Origin: Candidatus Thorarchaeota archaeon
GTDB taxonomy: Archaea > Asgardarchaeota > Heimdallarchaeia > Hodarchaeales > Hodarchaeaceae
Length of the DNA stretch: 32,000 bases
Assembly (NCBI GenBank): GCA_048882505.1
Contig: JBHLRO010000025.1
Location: 9,772 to 41,771, forward strand
Reading direction: 5' to 3'
Numbering within the stretch: position 1 is the stretch's first letter; every line of letters begins with the position of its first letter. Under the pieces are notes generated by a model. That model was not told where the DNA came from. It worked only from the letters and a program-made list of their open reading frames with translations, and ran no database searches. A program made the position numbers and the translations under genes. This document shows, piece after piece, positions 8,875 to 17,722 of this stretch.

Positions 8875-9834
8875 ATGGCCGAAAGCTCATTGGAGTGGGT
8901 ATTTCCAGTAATTGCTACCGTGATATGGCTTCTATTCTTTGGAAGCGTGGTTGAACAATATCTTCGAAAGCGAAAAACCCATCAGCTTGTCTGGGGGATC
9001 GCTCTATTGATGGTGGTCGTGGTAATGGGAGCAGAGGCCTTGAGCTATTTTCTAGGCGAATGGAATCCATGGCTTTATCGAATCTATTATGTTCTAGCAG
9101 CTTTTCAGGTAACTATCCTAGGTACTGGAGTTATCTACTTATTACGCAGTAGAGAATTAATTAATGAGCAGAACACCTTCGGAGGACTTCTCATATTCGG
9201 AGGGATCTGGCTAGTATTCGGGATCCCGTTCACCTTCTTTGTCTCCCCCGTTTTCTTTGTTATAATTCTATTAGCTTTTCTATATATAGGATTGGCTTTG
9301 ATCTCTTTCTTCACGGAATGGAATACCAGTGGAACCCAGTTTGCGCATCTCTTCGCGTTGACTAATGTAGTTGTTTTCGGTGTTATGATGGTGAGCGCTT
9401 GGAGTTCACCCGTGGACGTGGAAATCCTGAAATCCCTACTCGGACATCAAATAGGGGGAGCTGGTTGGGAAGAATCAACTATTGTTCGGAGTTTTTCTCC
9501 CCTTCTAACAGTACCCGGAGCCTTTGCACTTATAGGAGGAGCCCTCTTTTCATATTTTAAGTTGCAACGTTATCTTAAATACAAAACAGGCCATTATAAT
9601 CCCAAAACTGGAGTTTTCAACCTTTTCTTGGCGGGCGGATCGCTACTACTAGCAACAAGCGGGGTGTTATTACGATTTGGACTTGCAGGCACGCTACTGC
9701 TATATACTGTAAACACCCTAGCAGTAATCCTGATGTATTTTGGATTTCTTGAGTCAGATAGCATCTCTATGCACAAATTGATAGAGGTGTTAACGTTCCA
9801 GTGGCTCCGTAGTTCCGAAACTCAGATTTCCTGA
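8875..9834 (+). CDS. Uncharacterised polytopic membrane protein (about 8-10 TM)
   Basis: Repeated hydrophobic segments. GGTGA SD-like sequence before the ATG. No soluble domain. Confidence 0.75.
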   Translation: MAESSLEWVFPVIATVIWLLFFGSVVEQYLRKRKTHQLVWGIALLMVVVVMGAEALSYFLGEWNPWLYRIYYVLAAFQVTILGTGVIYLLRSRELINEQNTFGGLLIFGGIWLVFGIPFTFFVSPVFFVIILLAFLYIGLALISFFTEWNTSGTQFAHLFALTNVVVFGVMMVSAWSSPVDVEILKSLLGHQIGGAGWEESTIVRSFSPLLTVPGAFALIGGALFSYFKLQRYLKYKTGHYNPKTGVFNLFLAGGSLLLATSGVLLRFGLAGTLLLYTVNTLAVILMYFGFLESDSISMHKLIEVLTFQWLRSSETQIS

Positions 9835-9859
9835 TTGATTTAAAGAAAAGGAAAAGGGA

Positions 9860-11080
9860 TTACGCTGCGTTCAGGGCTTGGTCAAGGTCTGAAATGAGAT
9901 CATCCACATTCTCAATACCGACGGATAACCGAATAAGGCCATCTGTGATTCCAGCTCTTTCTCTTTGAGTTCGTGGAACCATAGAATGGGTCATTGTGGC
10001 TGGATGCTCCACCAAAGTTTCAACCCCTCCTAATGAAACTGCAAGAGAACAGACACGTAAAGATTCTACAACAGTTCGACCTTTTACGATCCCGCCTTTG
10101 ACTTCAAATGAAAGCATCCCCCCATAGCCTCCAACCATCTGTTGAGTTGCCAGTTCGTAGTCTGGATGGGATCTTAACCCAGGATAGAAAACCCGGGCAA
10201 TCTTTGGGTGGTGTTCCAGGAATTGGGCAATTCTCATTGCGTTTTCATTATGGCGCCTGATGCGAACCTCTAATGTCTTGATGCCACGGATTAATAAAAA
10301 CGCGTCAAACGGAGACAAATTTCCTCCGAGCAGTTTCAATGAATGATAACACCTCTCGAAAAGGGATTTTGAATTAACCGAAATTGTCCCTGCCAGAATA
10401 TCCGCATGTCCACCTAGATATTTGGTGGCCGAATGGACCACAATGTCCATTCCCAATTTAATCGGCTGCTGATTAACTGGTGAGGCAAAAGTGCTATCTA
10501 CTACTGAGATAGAACCTGTATCCCTTGCGATGCGAGCTACCTGTTCAAGATTGGTAAGTTTCATAGTTGGGTTCGCCGGGGTTTCTGCATAAATGACTCT
10601 CGTATTCTCCTGAATGGCATCTTTGTATTCTTTGGTATCTCTACCCTGAATGAATGTTGTTTCAAAACCCATTCGTTTCCCTATGGTAGTAAGAAATTCG
10701 TGAGTTCCTCCATAGAGCGAATAGGGGACGATAATATGATCACCAGCTTCAAGTAGCGAAACAAAGACAGTTGAGATCGCGGCCATACCTGAGGATGTGA
10801 TCAACGTTCCATAAGCATATTCCAGGGAATTCATGATTCGGGCTGCGATATCAGTTGTCGGATTTCCCCAGCGAGAATAAAACCAGCCTGATCCATCATA
10901 GATGCGTTCTCGTGAAAGGTGTGCTCCATGGTCAACGGAATCCAAGAGAAAAGTTGATGAAGCAATAATTGGGGGTGTGACCGAGTTGATTGGGCCTCTG
11001 ATAGGGTAACGTTTGACAACGGTTGTCCCCAAACCTTCATTAGACCTATCGTTTGTACTTGAACTATCTTTCATCACCAA
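9860..11080 (-). CDS. Cys/Met metabolism PLP enzyme (methionine gamma-lyase / cystathionine gamma-lyase/synthase family)
   Basis: 'YSRWGNPT', 'SSGMAAI', 'ETPANPT', 'VDSTFASP', PLP-Lys motif 'HSATKYLGGH', 'AVSLGGVETL', 'IRLSVGIE'. The start may be the ATG at 11074. Confidence 0.93.
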   Translation of the reverse strand: MVMKDSSSTNDRSNEGLGTTVVKRYPIRGPINSVTPPIIASSTFLLDSVDHGAHLSRERIYDGSGWFYSRWGNPTTDIAARIMNSLEYAYGTLITSSGMAAISTVFVSLLEAGDHIIVPYSLYGGTHEFLTTIGKRMGFETTFIQGRDTKEYKDAIQENTRVIYAETPANPTMKLTNLEQVARIARDTGSISVVDSTFASPVNQQPIKLGMDIVVHSATKYLGGHADILAGTISVNSKSLFERCYHSLKLLGGNLSPFDAFLLIRGIKTLEVRIRRHNENAMRIAQFLEHHPKIARVFYPGLRSHPDYELATQQMVGGYGGMLSFEVKGGIVKGRTVVESLRVCSLAVSLGGVETLVEHPATMTHSMVPRTQRERAGITDGLIRLSVGIENVDDLISDLDQALNAA

Positions 11081-11348
11081 AACCTCACGTGATTGATTCT
11101 TAGAACTGATTCAAGATTGAATCGTTTCGAACCAAATAAAGGAGTCAATTTTCTTACACACCTTGTAAAGGCCCTTCCTCTGGCCAAAAATACTTTGTTA
11201 AATCCTAAACCGAATCTTTCCACCTCATTCTCCCTGAGCTTCAAAAAGATTGTGAGAGCTGCGCGTGTCTGCAGTTTGTGGTAAAAGCCCTCTAATTATG
11301 AAAATTCTCTTTGATAAACGAACATTCACGAGGCATTAGTTTGCCAGG

Positions 11349-12572
11349 TTACATTCGTAATCCGCCGTCTACTTGAACAACTGATCCAGTCATATAATCT
11401 GAGTCTGAGGATGCAAGGAAAACTGCAATTTTGGCGACATCATTTGGATATCCAATGCGCATTTGGGGAATCTGAGCGATTGTTTGTTCTTTGTAAACGC
11501 TGGGAGTGTTCGCTGTCATGGTTGTTTCAATATAGCCCGGCATAATGCAGTTAACATTAACTTTATAACGGGCTAACTCTCGTGCCGCCGTTTTTGATAG
11601 AGCAATAATGCCCCATTTAGATGCTGCATACGCAGCCTGTCCGACATTTCCGTATTTAGCGGCGGTGGATGTGAAATTGATAATTTTTCCTCCAAGCGGC
11701 CTTTTTGCCATGAAATGAGGTGAGATTGCTCGGATACAATTGAAAGTGCCCTTTAGATTTATGTCCACAACTGTATTCCACAATTCGTCGGTCATTTTAC
11801 TGATCAAGGCACTTCGACTGATGCCCGCATTATTTACAAGGATATCTATCTGGTTGAAAGTTTCCAAAGCTATCTTGATCAGTCGGGCAACGCTATCCAC
11901 ATCGGATACATCACATTGAACCGGAAGGCCTTGAGAGCTTAGGTTTTGAATCTCTTCGACCAGGGAATCAAGATCAGACTTAGTTCGTGCAGCGCAAACA
12001 ACTTTCGCTCCCTCCCGCGCATATTCTAATGCAATTTCGCGGCCTATTCCTTTTCCTGCACCAGTGATAATCGCAATTTTGCCATCTAACCGCTGACGCG
12101 ATTTTACTGAATCCTCATCTTTTTTTTTCTCTTTTTCTTCCGCTGCAGTTAGTATAATATCGCCACGTAACAGCTTGTAGACTACACGATCGCCTTCGAT
12201 GACTTCCGCTTCAACTTTCACCTTCTCTCCAATCTTGAGATTTTCAGAGTTAGAAGCTCCACTCCATGTCACTAGCCTACCCCCTTCTTTTAGTTTAACC
12301 ACGACGTTCGTATAAGGTGCAAAGCGTTCAAATCCAGCAGGTGGGACATATACCTCCGAAAAACTCAAAATTTCACCTTCTCCCGACAACTCGATATGTT
12401 CCATGAATTCGTTGGTTAGACATTTTGCTGTACAGTAAGCTCTTGGGGGGTAATAGAGAGTTCCACACTTTTTACACTTGGTTCCTTCCAGCACATTTTG
12501 CCGTAACTTACTGATGAATCTATCGCCAATCTTTGACTGAGAAACATAGTCACGATATCCAAAGGACTTCAT
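11349..12572 (-). CDS. Fusion: N-terminal DUF35 (Zn-ribbon + OB-fold, thiolase partner) and C-terminal FabG-like SDR
   Basis: aa ~1-135 carry 'CKKC...YPPRAYCTAKC' and the OB fold 'APY..VVVKL.EG'. A charged linker follows (EEKEKKKDED). The SDR from aa ~162 has 'TGAGKGIG', 'NNAG', Ser, 'YAASK' and 'VNCIMPG'. One continuous frame. Confidence 0.9.
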   Translation of the reverse strand: MKSFGYRDYVSQSKIGDRFISKLRQNVLEGTKCKKCGTLYYPPRAYCTAKCLTNEFMEHIELSGEGEILSFSEVYVPPAGFERFAPYTNVVVKLKEGGRLVTWSGASNSENLKIGEKVKVEAEVIEGDRVVYKLLRGDIILTAAEEKEKKKDEDSVKSRQRLDGKIAIITGAGKGIGREIALEYAREGAKVVCAARTKSDLDSLVEEIQNLSSQGLPVQCDVSDVDSVARLIKIALETFNQIDILVNNAGISRSALISKMTDELWNTVVDINLKGTFNCIRAISPHFMAKRPLGGKIINFTSTAAKYGNVGQAAYAASKWGIIALSKTAARELARYKVNVNCIMPGYIETTMTANTPSVYKEQTIAQIPQMRIGYPNDVAKIAVFLASSDSDYMTGSVVQVDGGLRM

Positions 12573-12581
12573 GTCTCATCA

Positions 12582-13733
12582 TCACCGGGAGAAGACGTGA
12601 ACAACACAGTATTGGCCATGCCCACCAACATTATGTGTTAGGCCGATCTCAGCCCCATCAACTTGGCTTTTTCCGGCCTCACCTCGTAATTGTTTAACCA
12701 CACCCACCACTTGGGATGCACCTGTTGCGCCTACAGGATGGCCTTTGGCCTTTAAGCCTCCGTCGACATTTATTGGGATTTTACCCCCGATATAAGTTTC
12801 TCCTTCTTCGATGAATCTTCCACCTTCTCCTCTTTCTGTAAATCCGAGATCCTCATACGCCATAATTTCAGCTATAGTAAAGCAGTCGTGGACGGCTGCA
12901 ACATCAATTTTTTTAGGCTCCATCTTGGATTGGAGATATGCCTGCCGGGACGCTTCCACCGCACTACTTAAATTGCTTAATTCGGGGCGAGTAAGCAAAC
13001 TAAAAGGAGCAGTGGCTGCTCCAAGTCCTTCGATCCAGACAGGCGTATCAGAGAGATGTTTTGCTTTCTCTTCATTGACAACTACCAATGCAGCAGCCCC
13101 GTCAGCATTGGCGCAACAGTCAAACAGACGCAGGGGCGATGCAATCATTCGAGATTCCAGCGCCTTTTCAATAGTAATTTCCTTCTGGAACATCGCCATC
13201 TTATTCATAGCTCCATAGTGGTGATTTTTTACCGCGACAGCCGCCATCTGTTCTGAAGTAGTACCGAATTTAGACATGTGTGCATTTGCGTACATGGCGT
13301 AATAGTTGGCAAAAGTAGTACCAAAAGGAGCCTCCCACTGAACATCACCAGTTCTTCCCATTATTTTAAGAATCTCTGAAGTGGGATTTTCCAGCATTTT
13401 CTGAACACCTAGAACCAAAACGATGTCATGCATGTTTGCTTTGATGAGAGCATATGCAGACCTTAATGCTGCAGCAGAGCTGCTACAAGCGGCTTCCGTG
13501 AGCCATACAGGCTGGGGATTTAATCCTAAATACTCAGTAATGGGTCCTGCGATACTTCTTTGGGTCATGTAGACCGGACTTGCTCCTATGATGGTTGCGT
13601 CAATGTCTTTTTGCGTAATATTTGCATCCAAAAGGGCTTCAGCAAAAGGTTCGAAAGCCAACTCTTGAACTGAAACATCATCACGTCGGCCAAACCGACT
13701 ATTTCCAATTCCAATTATTCCAACTTTGGTCAA
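12582..13733 (-). CDS. SCP2/archaeal-type thiolase (acetyl-CoA C-acyltransferase)
   Basis: Catalytic Cys 'EAACSSS', 'VHDCFT', 'GGLKAKGHPVGATG', 'HNVGG'. Confidence 0.93.
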   Translation of the reverse strand: MTKVGIIGIGNSRFGRRDDVSVQELAFEPFAEALLDANITQKDIDATIIGASPVYMTQRSIAGPITEYLGLNPQPVWLTEAACSSSAAALRSAYALIKANMHDIVLVLGVQKMLENPTSEILKIMGRTGDVQWEAPFGTTFANYYAMYANAHMSKFGTTSEQMAAVAVKNHHYGAMNKMAMFQKEITIEKALESRMIASPLRLFDCCANADGAAALVVVNEEKAKHLSDTPVWIEGLGAATAPFSLLTRPELSNLSSAVEASRQAYLQSKMEPKKIDVAAVHDCFTIAEIMAYEDLGFTERGEGGRFIEEGETYIGGKIPINVDGGLKAKGHPVGATGASQVVGVVKQLRGEAGKSQVDGAEIGLTHNVGGHGQYCVVHVFSR

Positions 13734-13762
13734 TGATTTAGGCTCCAGAAATGTTTAGATTG

Positions 13763-14809
13763 TCATTTTTGGCATAGCACAATTGTTCGAACTCCTTCAC
13801 CTCTTCTCATGACATCAAACGCTTCATTGATTTCCGAAAGAGGGTACTTTCCAGTAACAAGTGGTTTAACCACAATTCTTTTATTTTGAACCAATTTAAT
13901 AATGCGAGGATAGTCAACCGTGCGACATCCCAATGATCCCATGATTTCCATTTCACGAAACATGACTCTTCCTATATCAAAGCCATCCCATCTTTTATGT
14001 GAATACCCTACTGCAACCAATCGTCCTCCAGTCCTTAAGCTGTTGAAGGCCTGTTTCATGGTCACAGGGTTGCCAATGCACTCAAAAGCAACATCTGCAC
14101 CTCCACCAGTAATCTTGCGAATTGCTCCAACGATTGCACGGTCATCCAGATCGGCCGCTGATAAAATCTCAACTGCCCCAAGTTGTTTTGCGATTTCCAG
14201 TTTTTTTGGAATGATGTCCACTGCAATTGCCAATCCGCCAGCCACCTTAATGTTTTGAACCGTGTTTAGGCCTATTCCCCCACATCCGATGACAACAGCC
14301 CAGTCTCCTGGGCGGATCTGTCCACGATTCTTTACCGCATGATATGGAGTGGAAACAGCATCTGATATGATGCAACCCTCTTCTAATGGGATTTCGCCAG
14401 GTAAGGCGAAAATATCTTTGGCTGGGACCATAATCTTTTCAGCAAATCCCCCATCCACATTGGAACCAAAAAACGTTTGATTCGTACAAATGTTCTCACG
14501 ACCAGTCCTACAGTAAAAGCAATTCCCACACGAAATAACCGCAGGAACAAGCACGTGATCTCCTTGTTTAAAAGCGGTGACATCTTCGCTAGTTTCACGA
14601 ACAATTCCTGACATTTCATGTCCCAAAACCAACGGAGGGGATTTACCTGTCGGAACGCCATGATCTAGAAATCCAATATCAGTGTGACAAACCCCACAAG
14701 CCGTTATGTCAATGATTGCTTTTCCTGAAGAGTCACCGAGGTCCGGCGATGGATAGCTTCCATTCAATTTCAAAGGAGCCTTTACCTGTTCAAATATAGC
14801 TGCACGCAT
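13763..14809 (-). CDS. Zn-dependent alcohol dehydrogenase, probably 6-hydroxycyclohex-1-ene-1-carbonyl-CoA dehydrogenase (Had/BamQ-like)
   Basis: 'GVCHTD', 'PLVLGHEMSG', structural Zn 'CGNCFYC...C', 'DAVSTPY', 'GCGGIG'. The 'G-V-x-T...P-L-x-LGHE' and 'PAVISCG' segments resemble recalled Had sequences. Start placed at ATG 14809 (track: 14830). The MDR family call is firm; Had specificity is moderate. Confidence 0.7.
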   Translation of the reverse strand: MRAAIFEQVKAPLKLNGSYPSPDLGDSSGKAIIDITACGVCHTDIGFLDHGVPTGKSPPLVLGHEMSGIVRETSEDVTAFKQGDHVLVPAVISCGNCFYCRTGRENICTNQTFFGSNVDGGFAEKIMVPAKDIFALPGEIPLEEGCIISDAVSTPYHAVKNRGQIRPGDWAVVIGCGGIGLNTVQNIKVAGGLAIAVDIIPKKLEIAKQLGAVEILSAADLDDRAIVGAIRKITGGGADVAFECIGNPVTMKQAFNSLRTGGRLVAVGYSHKRWDGFDIGRVMFREMEIMGSLGCRTVDYPRIIKLVQNKRIVVKPLVTGKYPLSEINEAFDVMRRGEGVRTIVLCQK

Positions 14810-14931
14810 CGGAACCACTTGTTGAAACAAGAAAATCCTGCTGATTTTTAATTGTTCCTGCTAATCTGGTTACATAATAAGTACAGGATTTTACTGAGAT
14901 GGTTTACTCCCGTTTACTCTTCATGCGGCGT

Positions 14932-15603
14932 TTAGAGAAAGACCCCAATTTCGGATAACGATTTTTTCTCTATATTTGGAACCATCGCATCTTCATGGGG
15001 ATATCCTACTGGCATAAGGACATATGGTTTTTCATTGGGAGGTCGATTGAGCAGTGTTTTTAGAACTTTTATGGGTGCCGGAGTATGAGTGACCGTGACC
15101 AGGCCTACATTATGGATCGCCATAATAAGCATCCCTATAGCAATTCCGACGCTTTCCTTGACATAGTAATGCGGGAGTTTTTGCATATTTTCACCAAATG
15201 CATAATCTTGGCGAAAAACTACTATTAGGTAAGGAGCCTCTGTTAAATAAGGTTTTTCCCAATTAGTGGCTAGAGGGGCTAGGGCTTCTCGTTGTGCATC
15301 CGAAATACGGGACTCGTAGAATTCCTTTTCTACTGCTTCTACCGCTACTCGAATTCGGGATTTTATTGAAAGATCGTTAACTACGACGAAGGTCCATGGC
15401 TGTTTATTGGCCCCCGAGGGAGCAGTACCCGCGGTCTTGACAATAGTTTCGATTATTTTTCGGGGTACTGGCTTGGTTGAAAATTTCCTAACAGTTCTCC
15501 GCGTTCGAGCCCATTCGTAGAATTCTGTGGAGCGAAAATCCATTTCATCGGAAGAATAAGTTTTGGGTCTGTATGGGACGAATTCTTTGCTCATTGTAAC
15601 CAA
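14932..15603 (-). CDS. Nitroreductase-superfamily flavoprotein, iodotyrosine deiodinase (IYD)-like
   Basis: 'RRTVRKFS', 'TAPSGANKQPWTFVVV', lid 'EKEFY...TNWEKPYL', 'HYYVKESVGIA', 'VTVTHTP', 'PVGYP'. The start is probably the ATG at 15594. Confidence 0.8.
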   Translation of the reverse strand: MVTMSKEFVPYRPKTYSSDEMDFRSTEFYEWARTRRTVRKFSTKPVPRKIIETIVKTAGTAPSGANKQPWTFVVVNDLSIKSRIRVAVEAVEKEFYESRISDAQREALAPLATNWEKPYLTEAPYLIVVFRQDYAFGENMQKLPHYYVKESVGIAIGMLIMAIHNVGLVTVTHTPAPIKVLKTLLNRPPNEKPYVLMPVGYPHEDAMVPNIEKKSLSEIGVFL

Positions 15604-15829
15604 CTACTTCGTGGTGCCCTTTGGCCAAGAAAATGGTTTTTGGACACCGCTGATAATACCGATAGTACACACAACTGATAATATCTTTATAATCCTTGAG
15701 ATGCTCGCAGCAATGAAATAAACTTTTTAGATCAATGGAATACACGTATACGGGACCTTATCATTCATTAATTTCCAAAGCACATTTCAATTAACATTAA
15801 ATATTACTACCTCAAAATGGCAATTACAT

Positions 15830-16561
15830 ATGTTGTTGGACACGCTGAGCTTCAGAATCGTAAAAGGGGTCGTTTGGACCAAATTTGATGAAGAAATGGG
15901 CCCTGTTCCTGTGGCCTGGGTACCTGATACCCTTTCTGAAGAAATTTTGTTTAGCGTCTCTCTCCGTGGAATGTCTGTCTTCTCAAGTCGTCCTTCCAAC
16001 ATATCGTATGCAAAAATGATTGCTACACTTCCTTTTCCAGAATATGAGTTCTTTTCTATCTCTACAGTCCTTTATGAAGTCTCAGAGTCTCTCAGGGGCG
16101 GATTTGATATAAATCTGGTGACGGTTTTAATCCCCCAACTGATAGTGGAAAATGCATGGCTGGATATACGTCAAATTCAAGGGATTTTTAGGAAGTATTT
16201 TGCTCCCTGGGATGGCAGACCAGTTAACGATAAAGAAAAAATCATCACAGGGGTTGCTTTGGCCATTGATGACATTTTGTGTCGTAAATTCGAGATGATC
16301 GAAGAGGGAGAAAAGGTTAGAGATCAGCTAAACAATTATCTTGAGTCCTACCTTGTAACCTCCCGTGAAGAAAACGATCAACAGCTTATCAAGACACGAG
16401 TAAAAACATTGATTCAATCGTTGGACCGAGTACTAATAGCGGGGGATCATGAACGAATTCAAGAGGCCCTAGACCAACTGAACTATATCTTGAATGAGGG
16501 ATTTGAGGATGAACTAATCATTGCTTACCAGGGTGCCTTTAGCCACTTTTTACAAATATAA
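15830..16561 (+). CDS. Hypothetical protein with N-terminal uDENN/longin-like fold and C-terminal helical region
   Basis: N-terminal beta strand then 'W.KFDEEMGP.P', followed by an alternating alpha/beta pattern typical of uDENN/longin modules. The fold is inferred. Confidence 0.6.
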   Translation: MLLDTLSFRIVKGVVWTKFDEEMGPVPVAWVPDTLSEEILFSVSLRGMSVFSSRPSNISYAKMIATLPFPEYEFFSISTVLYEVSESLRGGFDINLVTVLIPQLIVENAWLDIRQIQGIFRKYFAPWDGRPVNDKEKIITGVALAIDDILCRKFEMIEEGEKVRDQLNNYLESYLVTSREENDQQLIKTRVKTLIQSLDRVLIAGDHERIQEALDQLNYILNEGFEDELIIAYQGAFSHFLQI

Positions 16562-16595
16562 ACCACGAATTAGGTTTCGTCAATCCAATCCATGA

Positions 16596-17366
16596 TTAAC
16601 GATTCTGCCAAACTGGAGATCTTTTTTCAACAAAGGCCTGTAACCCCTCATTAGCATCCTTGGTTTCCATTAGCTCATGCAGGTATAAGTGTTCGATCCG
16701 ACTCAGAATGTGCATGAATTCAACATGAGTTCCTATTTGGAGCGCTTTCTTCGCATATCGTAAAACGACCGCACTTAAGGACCTAAATCTCTGTAAATAG
16801 TTTTCAAAATCCTGATCGAAGGTGGTAGAGGGAAATACGTGATTTATCAATCCATATTTTAGCGCTTCTTGCGCATTCATTGATTCACCATGCATCACAA
16901 GTTCGTAGGCCATTTTCAGTGGTACCAGGTGCGGTAATAGAACCGTTGCCAGTGGGGGAAAGACACCCACTTTGATTTCTGGCTGTCCGAACTTGGCATT
17001 TTCAGAAGCAATCACAAAATCACAAAATAAGGCAACCTCACACCCCCCTCCCAGAGCTGCCCCCTTAACACTAGCTATCGTGGGACAGGGCAAAGAATAA
17101 AATTGTCTGAAGATTTTGTGGAATTCTTCGAGCATGGTCTTGGCTGTATCTCCCATATGCTCTCCTACATCTACTCCTGCGGAGAATGTCCGCCCTGTGT
17201 GTCCAACGACCAGGGCCTTCAACGAATTGTCCTTGGAAAATTCCTCAATCGCCCGATTGATCTCAACCATCATCGCAATGTTAAGAATGTTAAGTTTTCC
17301 ACTGTTTAATATGATTTTGCCAACGTTATCATTTTTAATTACCTGAATCTGTTCGTAGTTCATCAC
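16596..17366 (-). CDS. dch: Crotonase-family hydratase, probably cyclohexa-1,5-dienecarbonyl-CoA hydratase
   Basis: 'NILNIAMM', 'FSAGVDVGEHM', 'ALGGGCE', 'KFGQPEIKVGVFPP', 'LSAVVLRYA', 'LYLHELMETKDANEGLQAFVEKRSPVWQNR'. The EHM motif and C-terminus match recalled Dch/BamR sequences. Confidence 0.8.
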   Translation of the reverse strand: MMNYEQIQVIKNDNVGKIILNSGKLNILNIAMMVEINRAIEEFSKDNSLKALVVGHTGRTFSAGVDVGEHMGDTAKTMLEEFHKIFRQFYSLPCPTIASVKGAALGGGCEVALFCDFVIASENAKFGQPEIKVGVFPPLATVLLPHLVPLKMAYELVMHGESMNAQEALKYGLINHVFPSTTFDQDFENYLQRFRSLSAVVLRYAKKALQIGTHVEFMHILSRIEHLYLHELMETKDANEGLQAFVEKRSPVWQNR

Positions 17367-17722
17367 TTTTTCACCTTCGACTTATTCCAAATACGGGATC
17401 ACCTCGATAAGTATGGTTTTAATAATTGCAGTAGAAGAGCCAAATTTGGAAGCTATGCCCATAAGCTAAAAAAGGAGCTTAGATCCCGATATTCTTCGAA
17501 CGTAATCTGAAGTTGAACTTTTGATTCATTTTTTCCCTTAAGGGCTTCTTTTTTCGCAGATACTATCTCGAATAGTTAAAATGCCTACTTTATATAGATT
17601 TAAACCTCCCCTTCTTGTTTACTTGAAGTACGATTGAACCAATTCTGAAAAAAATTAAAATTACCTATTAAGAGGAAAAATAGATTGTGATTTGGCCGCT
17701 GGGAGATTATATATGCCCTTAT

